Counted from the first letter of the stretch, positions 17,806-25,424 are shown. The stretch is DNA of 32,000 bases from Delftia acidovorans NBRC 14950 (GCF_001598795.1 NZ_BCZP01000014.1:30001-62000); one strand, 5' to 3'. The notes: generated by a model not told the origin, from the sequence alone. Program-made: numbers and translations.

Positions 17806-18738
17806 ATGACATCCCTCGTTATTGCAGAACACGACAACGCTTCCATCAAGAGCGCCACGCTCAACACCGTCACTGCGGCCCTGGCCTGCGGCGGCGACGT
17901 GCACGTGCTGGTGGCGGGCGAGAATGCCGGCGCCGCTGCGCAGGCCGCTGCCCAGATCGCTGGCGTGTCCAAGGTCATCCACGCCGACGGCGCCAGCCTG
18001 AAGGACGGCCTGGCCGAGAACATTGCAGCGCAAGTGCTGGCGATTGCTTCGAACTACAGCCACATCCTGTTCCCCGCCACCGCCAGCGGCAAGAACGCCG
18101 CGCCGCGCGTGGCCGCCAAGCTGGACGTGGCCCAGATCAGCGACATCACCAAGGTGGACAGCGCCGATACCTTCGAGCGCCCCATCTACGCAGGCAACGC
18201 CATTGCCACGGTGCAAAGCAGCGACAAGATCAAGGTCATCACCGTGCGCGGCACGGGCTTTGACGCAGCGGCCACCACGGGCGGCAGCGCCCAGGTGGAG
18301 CAGCTGGCCGCCGCTGGCGACAACGGCAAGAGCAGCTTCGTGGGCCGCGAGGTCACCAAGAACGACCGCCCGGAACTGACGGCTGCCAAGATCATCGTCT
18401 CCGGCGGTCGCGCGCTGGGCAGCAGCGAGAAGTTCAACGAAGTCATGACCCCTCTGGCCGACAAGCTGGGCGCCGCCATCGGCGCCAGCCGCGCTGCGGT
18501 GGACGCAGGCTATGCGCCCAACGACCTGCAGGTCGGCCAGACCGGCAAGATCGTCGCGCCCCAGCTGTACATTGCGGCCGGTATTTCCGGCGCCATCCAG
18601 CACTTGGCCGGCATGAAGGACTCCAAGGTGATCGTGGCGATCAACAAGGACCCCGAGGCACCGATCTTCTCGGTGGCCGACTACGGCCTGGAGGCCGACC
18701 TGTTCCAGGCCGTGCCCGAGCTGGTGCAGTCGCTGTAA
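17806..18738 (+). CDS. etfA: electron transfer flavoprotein subunit alpha
   Basis: [39 protein letters not shown] is the canonical EtfA FAD-binding C-terminus. Confidence 0.92.
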   Translation: MTSLVIAEHDNASIKSATLNTVTAALACGGDVHVLVAGENAGAAAQAAAQIAGVSKVIHADGASLKDGLAENIAAQVLAIASNYSHILFPATASGKNAAPRVAAKLDVAQISDITKVDSADTFERPIYAGNAIATVQSSDKIKVITVRGTGFDAAATTGGSAQVEQLAAAGDNGKSSFVGREVTKNDRPELTAAKIIVSGGRALGSSEKFNEVMTPLADKLGAAIGASRAAVDAGYAPNDLQVGQTGKIVAPQLYIAAGISGAIQHLAGMKDSKVIVAINKDPEAPIFSVADYGLEADLFQAVPELVQSL

Positions 18739-18746
18739 GAACGCAA

Positions 18747-18798
18747 GGCACCGCACCGGGAGGCGGTGCCAACGGGCCCGGGTGAAGTATCCGGGCCC
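18747..18798 (+). terminator. two tandem GC-rich hairpins after etfA (no clear U-tract)
   Basis: The hairpins are ggcaccgc/gcggtgcc (18747-18770) and gggcccgg/ccgggccc (18774-18798). No T-run follows, so terminator function is uncertain. Confidence 0.3.
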
Positions 18799-18863
18799 TG
18801 GCCAGAGCGGCACACAAGGCATGTGCCCCGGCCCCACCTGGTTCAGAGATGCAGGAGACAGAT

Positions 18864-19850
18864 ATGCAGATTTCCATTGGCCGCCGCAGCCTTGCGCTTG
18901 CGGCTGTTGTCTTTGTGGCCACCACGGGCGCCAGCGCACCGGCATGGGCCCAGGCCAGCGACTTTCCCACGCGCCCGATCACGCTGATCGTGCCCTTCCC
19001 CGCAGGCGGCTCCACCGACCGCCACATGCGCACCCTGGCCGACATCGCGGGCAAGCAGCTGGGCCAGACCATCATCGTGGAGAACAAGCCCGGCGCGGGC
19101 GGCACGCTGGGCCCGGGCAACATGTCCCGCACGGCCAAGCCCGATGGCTACACCATCACCCAGTTCCCCATGTCCATGCTGCGCATGGCGCACATGCAGA
19201 AGACGGCCTGGAACCCGGTCACGGACTTCACCTACATCATCGGCGTCTCGGGCTACACCTTCGGCTTCACGGTGCGCTCGGACTCGCCCTACAAGAGCTT
19301 CAACGAATACATTGCCGCCGCGCGCAAGAGCCCCGGCAAGATCGAGTACGGCTCCACCGGCATAGGCTCCTCGCCCCACCTGCTGATGGAGGAGCTGGCC
19401 GAGAACGCCAAGGTCACGCTCAACCACGTGCCCTTCAAGGGCAACGCCGACCTGCAGCAGGCCCTGCTGGGCGGGCACGTGGCCGCGCAAAGCGATGCCT
19501 CGGGCTGGGACACCTATGTGGATGGCGGCCAGATGCGCCTGCTCATGACCTTCGGCGAAAAGCGCACCCAGCGCTGGCCCGACGTGCCCACGGCCAAGGA
19601 ACTGGGCTATGGCGTGGTCTCCACCTCGCCCTACGGACTGGCCGGCCCCAAGGGCATGGACCCGGCCGTGGTGCGCAAGCTGCACGACGCCTTCAAGAAG
19701 GCCATGGATGACCCGCGCCACATCGAGGTGCTCAAGCAGCTGAACCAGGACGCCTGGTACCGCTCCGGCGCCGACTATGCGCAGTGGGTGCGCGAGGCCT
19801 ATGCCAAGGACAAGGTCCTGATCGACCGCCTGGGCCTGGCCGCCAAGTAG
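18864..19850 (+). CDS. Bug/TctC-family substrate-binding protein (3 of 4)
   Basis: ORF 18849..19850 trimmed to ATG 18864, after AGGAGA. Signal peptide ...SAPAWAQ, then FPTRPITLIVPFPAGGSTD and VPFKGNADL. Confidence 0.85.
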   Translation: MQISIGRRSLALAAVVFVATTGASAPAWAQASDFPTRPITLIVPFPAGGSTDRHMRTLADIAGKQLGQTIIVENKPGAGGTLGPGNMSRTAKPDGYTITQFPMSMLRMAHMQKTAWNPVTDFTYIIGVSGYTFGFTVRSDSPYKSFNEYIAAARKSPGKIEYGSTGIGSSPHLLMEELAENAKVTLNHVPFKGNADLQQALLGGHVAAQSDASGWDTYVDGGQMRLLMTFGEKRTQRWPDVPTAKELGYGVVSTSPYGLAGPKGMDPAVVRKLHDAFKKAMDDPRHIEVLKQLNQDAWYRSGADYAQWVREAYAKDKVLIDRLGLAAK

Positions 19851-19936
19851 GCCTGTCCTCCAATGCGCCCGCAGGGCCAGGGGGCTGGCGGGCGCAGTCC
19901 GCTTGAGATTCGTGAATTCGTGAAACGGAGTCCCTC

Positions 19937-21481
19937 ATGACTGTCTCCCTGCCTTCGCCCGATGCGCCCTTCACCACGCTGGCCGAACTGATCCGCAGCC
20001 ACGCGCGCCAGCAGCCGGCCCATGCCGCGCTGCGCGACGACCAGCAGACGCTGAGCTACGCGCAGCTTGACGCCCTCATGGACCGCGTGGCCGCCGCGCT
20101 GCAGCGCGACGGCGTGCAGCCTGGCCAGGCGATTGCCATCTGCGCGTTGAACTCGGTGCGCTATGCCGCGCTGTTCCTGGGCGCCTTGCGCGCGGGCGTG
20201 GTGGTTGCGCCGCTGGCGCCGTCCTCCACGGCCGACAGCCTGGCCTCCATGCTGCGCGATGCCCAGGCGCGCCACCTGTTCCTTGACAAGGCGGCCCAGG
20301 ACCTGGTGCCTGCCGACGGCACCCTGCAATGCATCTCGCTGGACGGCGCCGCGCCCGGCCGGGCCTTTGACGACTGGCTGGCGCCCGAAGGCGCGCAGCC
20401 CGCGCCCGTGAGCGTGGAGCCGGCCGCGCCGTTCAACATCATCTATTCCTCGGGCACCACGGGGGTTCCGAAGGGGATCGTGCAGTCGCACGGCATGCGC
20501 TGGGCCCACATCAACCGGGGCAGCGTCTACGGCTACGGCCCCGAGGGCACGACGCTGCTGGCCACGCCGCTGTACTCCAACACCACGCTGGTGGTGTTCT
20601 TCCCCACGCTGGGCAGCGGCGGCTGCGTGGTACTGATGCCCAAATTCGACGCGGCCCGCTACCTGCAGCTGGCCCAGCAGCACCGCGTCACCCACACCAT
20701 GCTGGTGCCCGTGCAGTACCAGCGCATCATGGCGCTGCCGCAGTTCGGCGAGCATGACCTGTCCAGCTTCCGCGCCAAGTTCTGCACCAGCGCGCCGTTC
20801 CGGGCCGAGCTCAAGGCCGACGTGGTGGCGCGCTGGCCCGGCAGCCTGACCGAGTTCTACGGCATGACCGAAGGCGGCGGCACCTGCATCCTCGAAGCCC
20901 ATCTGCACCAGGACAAGCTGCACACCGTGGGCAAGCCCGCCGAGGGCCATGACATCCGCCTCATCGACGAGGACGGCCGCGAGGTCGCCCCGGGCGAGGA
21001 TGGCGAGGTCGTGGGCCATTCGGCCAGCATGATGACCGGCTACCACGGTCAGCCTGCCAAGACGCGCGAGGCCGAATGGTTCGACCCCACGGGCAAGCGC
21101 TTCATCCGCACGGGCGACGTGGGCCGCTTCGATGCCGATGGATTCCTCACCCTGTTCGACCGCCGCAAGGACATGATCATCAGCGGCGGCTTCAACATCT
21201 ACCCCAGCGACCTGGAAACCCAGCTGCGCGCCCACCCGGCCGTGGACGACGTGGCCGTGGTCGGCGTGCCGTCCGAGCAATGGGGCGAGACGCCCGTGGC
21301 CTACGTGGTGTCGCGCGCGGGGCAGCCGGCCCTGCCCGAGGACATCATGGGCTGGTACAACCAGCGGGCCGGCAAGACCCAGCGCCTGGCGGACCTGCGC
21401 TTCATTGCCGAGCTGCCGCGCAGCGCCATCGGCAAGGTGCTCAAGCGCGAGCTGCGCGACCAGTACGCGACGGGGCGCTGA
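19937..21481 (+). CDS. AMP-dependent acyl-CoA synthetase/ligase (class I adenylate-forming)
   Basis: AMP-binding motifs IIYSSGTTGVPKGI, EFYGMTEGG, TGDVGRFDADGFLTLFDRRKDMIISGGFNIYP and the C-terminal IGKVLKRELR. Confidence 0.9.
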   Translation: MTVSLPSPDAPFTTLAELIRSHARQQPAHAALRDDQQTLSYAQLDALMDRVAAALQRDGVQPGQAIAICALNSVRYAALFLGALRAGVVVAPLAPSSTADSLASMLRDAQARHLFLDKAAQDLVPADGTLQCISLDGAAPGRAFDDWLAPEGAQPAPVSVEPAAPFNIIYSSGTTGVPKGIVQSHGMRWAHINRGSVYGYGPEGTTLLATPLYSNTTLVVFFPTLGSGGCVVLMPKFDAARYLQLAQQHRVTHTMLVPVQYQRIMALPQFGEHDLSSFRAKFCTSAPFRAELKADVVARWPGSLTEFYGMTEGGGTCILEAHLHQDKLHTVGKPAEGHDIRLIDEDGREVAPGEDGEVVGHSASMMTGYHGQPAKTREAEWFDPTGKRFIRTGDVGRFDADGFLTLFDRRKDMIISGGFNIYPSDLETQLRAHPAVDDVAVVGVPSEQWGETPVAYVVSRAGQPALPEDIMGWYNQRAGKTQRLADLRFIAELPRSAIGKVLKRELRDQYATGR

Positions 21482-21540
21482 ACCGGCGGATGCTTTCTCC
21501 AAACGATGTCCACCACGATGTCCACCAAGAGGTACACCCC

Positions 21541-22311
21541 ATGAGCAACGACACCACGATGTCCGAGGTCCGCCGCCAGGTGACGGCCGAGGAATGGCAG
21601 ACCCGCATCGAGCTGGCCGCCGCCTACCGGCTGGTCGCCCACTTCGGCTGGGACGACCTGATCTTCACCCACATCTCGGCGCGCGTGCCGGGCCAGCCCG
21701 ACCAGTTCCTGATCAACCCCTACGGCATGCTGTTCGACGAGATCACTGCGTCCAGCCTGGTCAAGGTCGATCACGAGGGCCGGCCGCTGATGGAGACCGA
21801 GTACGACGTCAACCCGGCCGGCTTCGTCATCCACAGCGCCATCCACGACGGCCGCCCCGAGGTGCAGTGCGTGCTGCACACGCACACGCGCTATGGCGTG
21901 GCCGTCTCGGCGCAGAAGGAGGGGCTGCTGCCCATCTCGCAGCAGTCCATCTTCCCGCTGGCGCGCCTGGCCTACCACGACTACGAAGGCGTGGCCCTGC
22001 GCGACGACGAGAAGCCGCGCCTGGTCGATGACCTGGGCGCCAGCAACTTCCTCATCCTGCGCAACCACGGCCTGCTGACCTGCGGCCGCAACGTGGCCGA
22101 GGCCGTGCTGGCCATGTACACGCTGGAGTCGGCCTGCCGCATCCAGATCCTGGCGCAGTCGGGTGGCGGCGAGCTCACGCGCATCCCGCAGGACATCATT
22201 GCCGATGCGGTCAACCAGTCGCGCCAGGTCACCAAGGGCAAGGGCGCAGGCCTGGCCTGGCCCGGCCTGCTGCGCCGCCTGGACCGCATAGACCCTTCTT
22301 ACAAGGACTGA
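21541..22311 (+). CDS. class II aldolase/adducin-family protein
   Basis: ORF 21076..22311 trimmed to ATG 21541, because its 5' part overlaps the ligase gene. It has FTHISARVPG, the metal-binding cluster VLHTHTRYG and LILRNHGLLTCG. Confidence 0.8.
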   Translation: MSNDTTMSEVRRQVTAEEWQTRIELAAAYRLVAHFGWDDLIFTHISARVPGQPDQFLINPYGMLFDEITASSLVKVDHEGRPLMETEYDVNPAGFVIHSAIHDGRPEVQCVLHTHTRYGVAVSAQKEGLLPISQQSIFPLARLAYHDYEGVALRDDEKPRLVDDLGASNFLILRNHGLLTCGRNVAEAVLAMYTLESACRIQILAQSGGGELTRIPQDIIADAVNQSRQVTKGKGAGLAWPGLLRRLDRIDPSYKD

Positions 22312-22319
22312 AGGAAACC

Positions 22320-23249
22320 ATGGGAATTCTGGTCAACATCCACCCGAGCATGGGCGCGCCCATCGTCGACTCGCTGCGCGCGCTGGCGCCCGGCGTGCAG
22401 GTCTGGGGCCACCGCGAGGAGGCACCGGCCGACGCGGTCGAGGCCATGCTCGCCTGGAGCCTCAAGCCGGGCGTGCTGCCGGCCTATCCGGGCCTGAAGC
22501 TGCTGTGCGCACCCAGCGCGGGCGTGGACAAGCTGCTGGCCGTGCCCGACCTGCCGGCCGGCCTGCCCGTGGCGCGCACCGTCGATCCGCAGCAGCATGT
22601 GGAGATCGCCCAGTACGTGGTCGGCACCGCGCTGCGCCACACGCGGGAGCTGGACCTGTTCGCGCGCCAGCAGCATGCCGGCGACTGGCTGCGCCGCCCC
22701 GTGCGCGCCAGCGCAGACTGCCGCGTGGGCATCCTGGGCCTGGGCGAGGTCGGCCGCTTCGTGGCCGGCGCCATGCAGGCCATCGGCTACCCCGTCGCAG
22801 GCTGGAGCCGCAGCGCCAAGAGCATTGCAGGCCTGGCCACGCACAGCGGTGCCGAAGGTCTGAAGCAGCTGCTGTCCGCCAGCGACATCCTGGTCTGCGC
22901 CTTGCCGCTCACGCCCGAGACGCGCGACCTGCTGGACCGCCGCACCCTGTCCCTGCTGCCGCGCGGCGCCTACTTCATCAACGTGGGGCGCGGCGAGCAG
23001 GTGGTGGAAGACGACCTGCTGGCCCTGCTTGACGAAGGCCACCTGGCCGGCGCCGCGCTGGACGTGCTGCGCGACGAGCCGCCCCAGCCCGGCAACAAGG
23101 TCTGGGGCCATCCCAAGGCCTTCGTCACGCCGCACATCGCGGCCCAGGCCTCGGCCGACACCGTGGCGCGCCAGTGCCTGGAGAACCTGCGCCGTCTGCG
23201 CGCGGGCGAGCCGCTGCTCAACCTTGTGGATGTGGCGCGGGGGTACTGA
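22320..23249 (+). CDS. D-2-hydroxyacid dehydrogenase, GhrA-like (glyoxylate/hydroxypyruvate reductase A type)
   Basis: NAD motif VGILGLGEVGRFVA, then NVGRGEQVVEDDLLALLDEG, TPHIAA and a C-terminal VDVARGY that closely mirrors the VDRARGY end of E. coli GhrA. Confidence 0.8.
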   Translation: MGILVNIHPSMGAPIVDSLRALAPGVQVWGHREEAPADAVEAMLAWSLKPGVLPAYPGLKLLCAPSAGVDKLLAVPDLPAGLPVARTVDPQQHVEIAQYVVGTALRHTRELDLFARQQHAGDWLRRPVRASADCRVGILGLGEVGRFVAGAMQAIGYPVAGWSRSAKSIAGLATHSGAEGLKQLLSASDILVCALPLTPETRDLLDRRTLSLLPRGAYFINVGRGEQVVEDDLLALLDEGHLAGAALDVLRDEPPQPGNKVWGHPKAFVTPHIAAQASADTVARQCLENLRRLRAGEPLLNLVDVARGY

Positions 23250-23403
23250 GCCCTTTTTTCCATCCGACGCTGCGCTGTTGCGTGGCGTTTTTTCATCGCC
23301 GGGCCGCCCCAAGATGAAAAGCGGCCCCCTTGGGGGCAGCGGACCTTGCGCAGCAAGGGTAGCGTGGGGGCCATTTTTCAACTGAGAAGAACCCAGAGAC
23401 ACC

Positions 23404-24399
23404 ATGCCTTCGACTTCCCGCCGCGGCTTTTTGCAATCGACCGCTGCCGCCGCTGCAGCAGCCACCACCGTGCTGGCCCCCTCGGCCTGGGCCCAGAGCC
23501 CCTGGCCTTCCAAGCCCATCCGCATCATCGTTCCGTACACGGCAGGCGGCTTCACCGACCAGATGGCGCGCTTGCTGCAGGTCGGCCTGCAAAAGGCCCT
23601 GGGCCAGCCCGTCATCGTGGAGAACAAACCTGGCGCCAACAGCATCATCGGCGTGGACCAGATCGCCAAGGCCGCGCCGGACGGGCACACCTTCGGCGTG
23701 GTCATCGCGGCCTATGCGGCCAACACCACGCTCTATCCCAAGCTGCCCTACAACCCGAAGAAGGACCTGGTCGGCGTCTCGCTGATGGGCGTCTCGCCCC
23801 TGGTCGCTGCCGTGGCCATGAACGCGCCCTTCAAGACCACGCCCGAGCTGATCGCCTATGCCAAGGCCAATCCCGGCAAGGTGGGCTTCGGCTCCTCGGG
23901 CAGCGGCTCCAGCGCCCACCTGACCACCGAGCTGATGAAGCTGCTCACCAAGACGGACATGGTCCACGTTCCCTACAAGGGCGCGGCGCCTGCGCTGGCC
24001 GACCTCATGGGCGGCCAGATCCCGCTGTTCCTGGACCCGCCGCCCAACCTCATCCAGCCCGCCAAGGCCGGCCGCATCCGCCTCATCGGCGTGGCCAGCG
24101 ACAAGCGCCTGGCCGCGCTGCCCGCCGTGCCCACCTTCGTGGAGCAGGGCTACGACGGCCTGCTGGGCAGCACCTGGGCAGCCATGATCGCGCCGGCCGG
24201 CGTGCCGCGCGAGATCGTGCAGCGCATGTCCGCCGAGGTGTCGCGCATCATCCGCAGTGCCGAGGTGTCGCAGCGGCTGGAGCAGGTGATGGGGACGTTT
24301 GCGGAGGGGTCCACGCCTGAGGAGTGCGATCGGTTCATTGCTGCCGAGACGGAGAAGTGGGGGAGGGTGATTCGGGAGGCGAAGGTGACGGTGGACTGA
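23404..24399 (+). CDS. Bug/TctC-family substrate-binding protein (4 of 4)
   Basis: Tat-like signal SRRGFLQSTAAAAAAA, then WPSKPIRIIVPYTAGGFTD and VPYKGAAPA. Confidence 0.85.
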   Translation: MPSTSRRGFLQSTAAAAAAATTVLAPSAWAQSPWPSKPIRIIVPYTAGGFTDQMARLLQVGLQKALGQPVIVENKPGANSIIGVDQIAKAAPDGHTFGVVIAAYAANTTLYPKLPYNPKKDLVGVSLMGVSPLVAAVAMNAPFKTTPELIAYAKANPGKVGFGSSGSGSSAHLTTELMKLLTKTDMVHVPYKGAAPALADLMGGQIPLFLDPPPNLIQPAKAGRIRLIGVASDKRLAALPAVPTFVEQGYDGLLGSTWAAMIAPAGVPREIVQRMSAEVSRIIRSAEVSQRLEQVMGTFAEGSTPEECDRFIAAETEKWGRVIREAKVTVD

Positions 24400-24420
24400 G
24401 TCTTTCTTGTTCTCGGGTCT

Positions 24421-24592
24421 GTTTTTTTGACCCTGCCGGGTGGTTGTTTTTCGAGGCCGGGTTTCGGCCCGGCGGCCGACCCGCTTTCTTGTCGCGCGAC
24501 AAGAAAGCGGGGCAAAGAAGCGCGCCCCGAACTGCCCACGACCCTTCGCTTCGCTGCGGGCGACCTGCGTTGGGCGGGATGCGGGGTGCGCC
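24421..24592 (+). repeat. REP-like repeat, family B, left copy
   Basis: It aligns by eye, with most positions identical and short indels, to the reverse complement of 25425-25600. Shared blocks are cctgccggg, tcggcccggc.gccgac, ctttcttg..caagaaag and cgcttcgctgcgggc.acctgcgt. It contains a 32-bp perfect palindrome at 24480-24511. Confidence 0.75.
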
Positions 24593-24677
24593 GTGAAACT
24601 CGTTGCGCGCTGCGCGCTTCACTCAAACATCACGGCGAGCTAGACAACGAAGCAAGCCTGTCCTTCGGCAGGCTTGC

Positions 24678-24712
24678 CACCCCGCATCCCGCCCAACGCA
24701 GGCGTGGGCAGA
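24678..24712 (-). repeat. partial inverted family B fragment forming a 25-bp perfect inverted repeat with 24564-24588
   Basis: caccccgcatcccgcccaacgcagg (24678-24702) is the exact reverse complement of cctgcgttgggcgggatgcggggtg (24564-24588). The 89-nt spacer contains the hairpin gcaagcctg/caggcttgc (24652-24677). Confidence 0.75.
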
Positions 24713-24750
24713 AGGGGGAGGCTGAAGGACAGCCAACAGCCAGAAATACA

Positions 24751-24786
24751 AACAGCCGATGCGCACTGGTGCGCTCGGCTGTTTTC
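24751..24786 (-). terminator. bidirectional rho-independent terminator
   Basis: A stem of about 13 bp with one bulge, acagccgatgcgca / tgcgctcggctgt (24752-24782). It is flanked by tttt on the plus strand and by tttgtattt on the minus strand. It lies 23 nt downstream of the minus-strand ORF stop at 24805. Confidence 0.6.
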
Positions 24787-24804
24787 ATGGAGTTTGGTGC
24801 GGCG

Positions 24805-25074
24805 TCAGGGTTCGGGCCTGGCGGTGTTGCGCAGGACGTGGATTTCGTCGTCCATAGAGGTGGCCAGCCGTTCGGCGCTGTGCTGGATGGTGCGCAAGGC
24901 GCTGATCACCACATCCGGATCGCGCAGGCCTTCTGGCGTCTGCAGCCATGACTGCGCGAGCTGGGATAGTGCAGAGACCTCGTTGCAGCCTGATTGAACC
25001 ATGCCGTTCATCTCGGCGACGGCCATGGTCAGTTGCGTGGTTCTGGCGCTGCTGGGTCGGACTTCCTGCTTCAT
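24805..25074 (-). CDS. hypothetical small protein (89 aa), no family recognised
   Basis: ORF 24805..25296 trimmed to the ATG at 25074 (MKQEVRPSSARTT...), 8 nt downstream of GGAGG. Third codon positions are mostly G/C but visibly richer in A/T than in neighbouring genes. A terminator follows. An alternative start is M at 25089. Confidence 0.5.
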   Translation of the reverse strand: MKQEVRPSSARTTQLTMAVAEMNGMVQSGCNEVSALSQLAQSWLQTPEGLRDPDVVISALRTIQHSAERLATSMDDEIHVLRNTARPEP

Positions 25075-25130
25075 GGCATGGCCCTCCATGTGAATGTGAG
25101 GGCGCTCTGAATCATCGGCGCTGTATGCAT
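25071..25130 (-). CDS. candidate 19-codon upstream ORF / leader peptide (MHTAPMIQSALTFTWRAMP)
   Basis: On the minus strand AAGGAG (SD core 25140-25144) lies 9 nt before the ATG at 25130. Its TGA overlaps the ATG of the 89-aa ORF as ATGA (25071-25074). Confidence 0.25.
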   Translation of the reverse strand: MHTAPMIQSALTFTWRAMP

Positions 25131-25385
25131 GGTTCCGTGCTCCTTTGAGAGACTTGAAACCACCAATCCGCGTTCTTACGCGCAGACAGGTGGACGGGAT
25201 GTTAAGAACACGCTCAAAGCCGTGCGGACGCCCTTGCGGGTAGCCCCATCCCGTCCATAACCGTAGGGACGTGGGCGTACACCCACGATCCGGCAATGCA
25301 GACGTGACAAGGCCTCGTTAACGGGGAGGCCGCACCGCTTTGAGAAAAGGTGTTCTTACGCACCAGCCCCTGTACTGGGGGCCAC
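25131..25385 (-). other. highly structured noncoding leader: interleaved inverted repeats, candidate cis-regulatory RNA or operator array
   Basis: An 11-bp perfect stem joins 25191-25201 and 25247-25257. Long imperfect arms at 25201-25227 and 25330-25359 also pair. Local hairpins lie at 25169-25182, 25270-25287, 25311-25331 and 25366-25382. There are three copies of a GTAAGAAC / GTTCTTAC motif. Confidence 0.35.
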
Positions 25386-25424
25386 TCGGAATGATAGAGG
25401 CTTTGAATGAAAGCGAGGCCAAAG

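Noticed and set aside
24335-24643. Small ORFs inside the repeats (24335..24622, 24324..24596, 24440..24643, 25356..25793; also 8690..9097, 14646..14888, 5241..5444, 5268..5462).
   Set aside because: They are generated by the family A and B repeat sequences on either strand, overlap each other, and lack RBS and start context. They are probably the recurrent spurious hypothetical proteins such repeats produce.
25110-25150. Sigma-54 promoter (GG-N10-GC) upstream of the small ORF, in ggagcacggaaccatgcat on the minus strand.
   Set aside because: The GG to GC spacing does not fit the -24/-12 geometry. The AAGGAG is better explained as the SD of the uORF.
25201-25359. MITE interpretation of the TAAGAACAC...GTGTTCTTA inverted termini.
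   Set aside because: I found no target-site duplication flanking the termini. The arms are bulged rather than clean TIRs, and no second copy occurs in the window. I kept it as a structured RNA/operator candidate instead.
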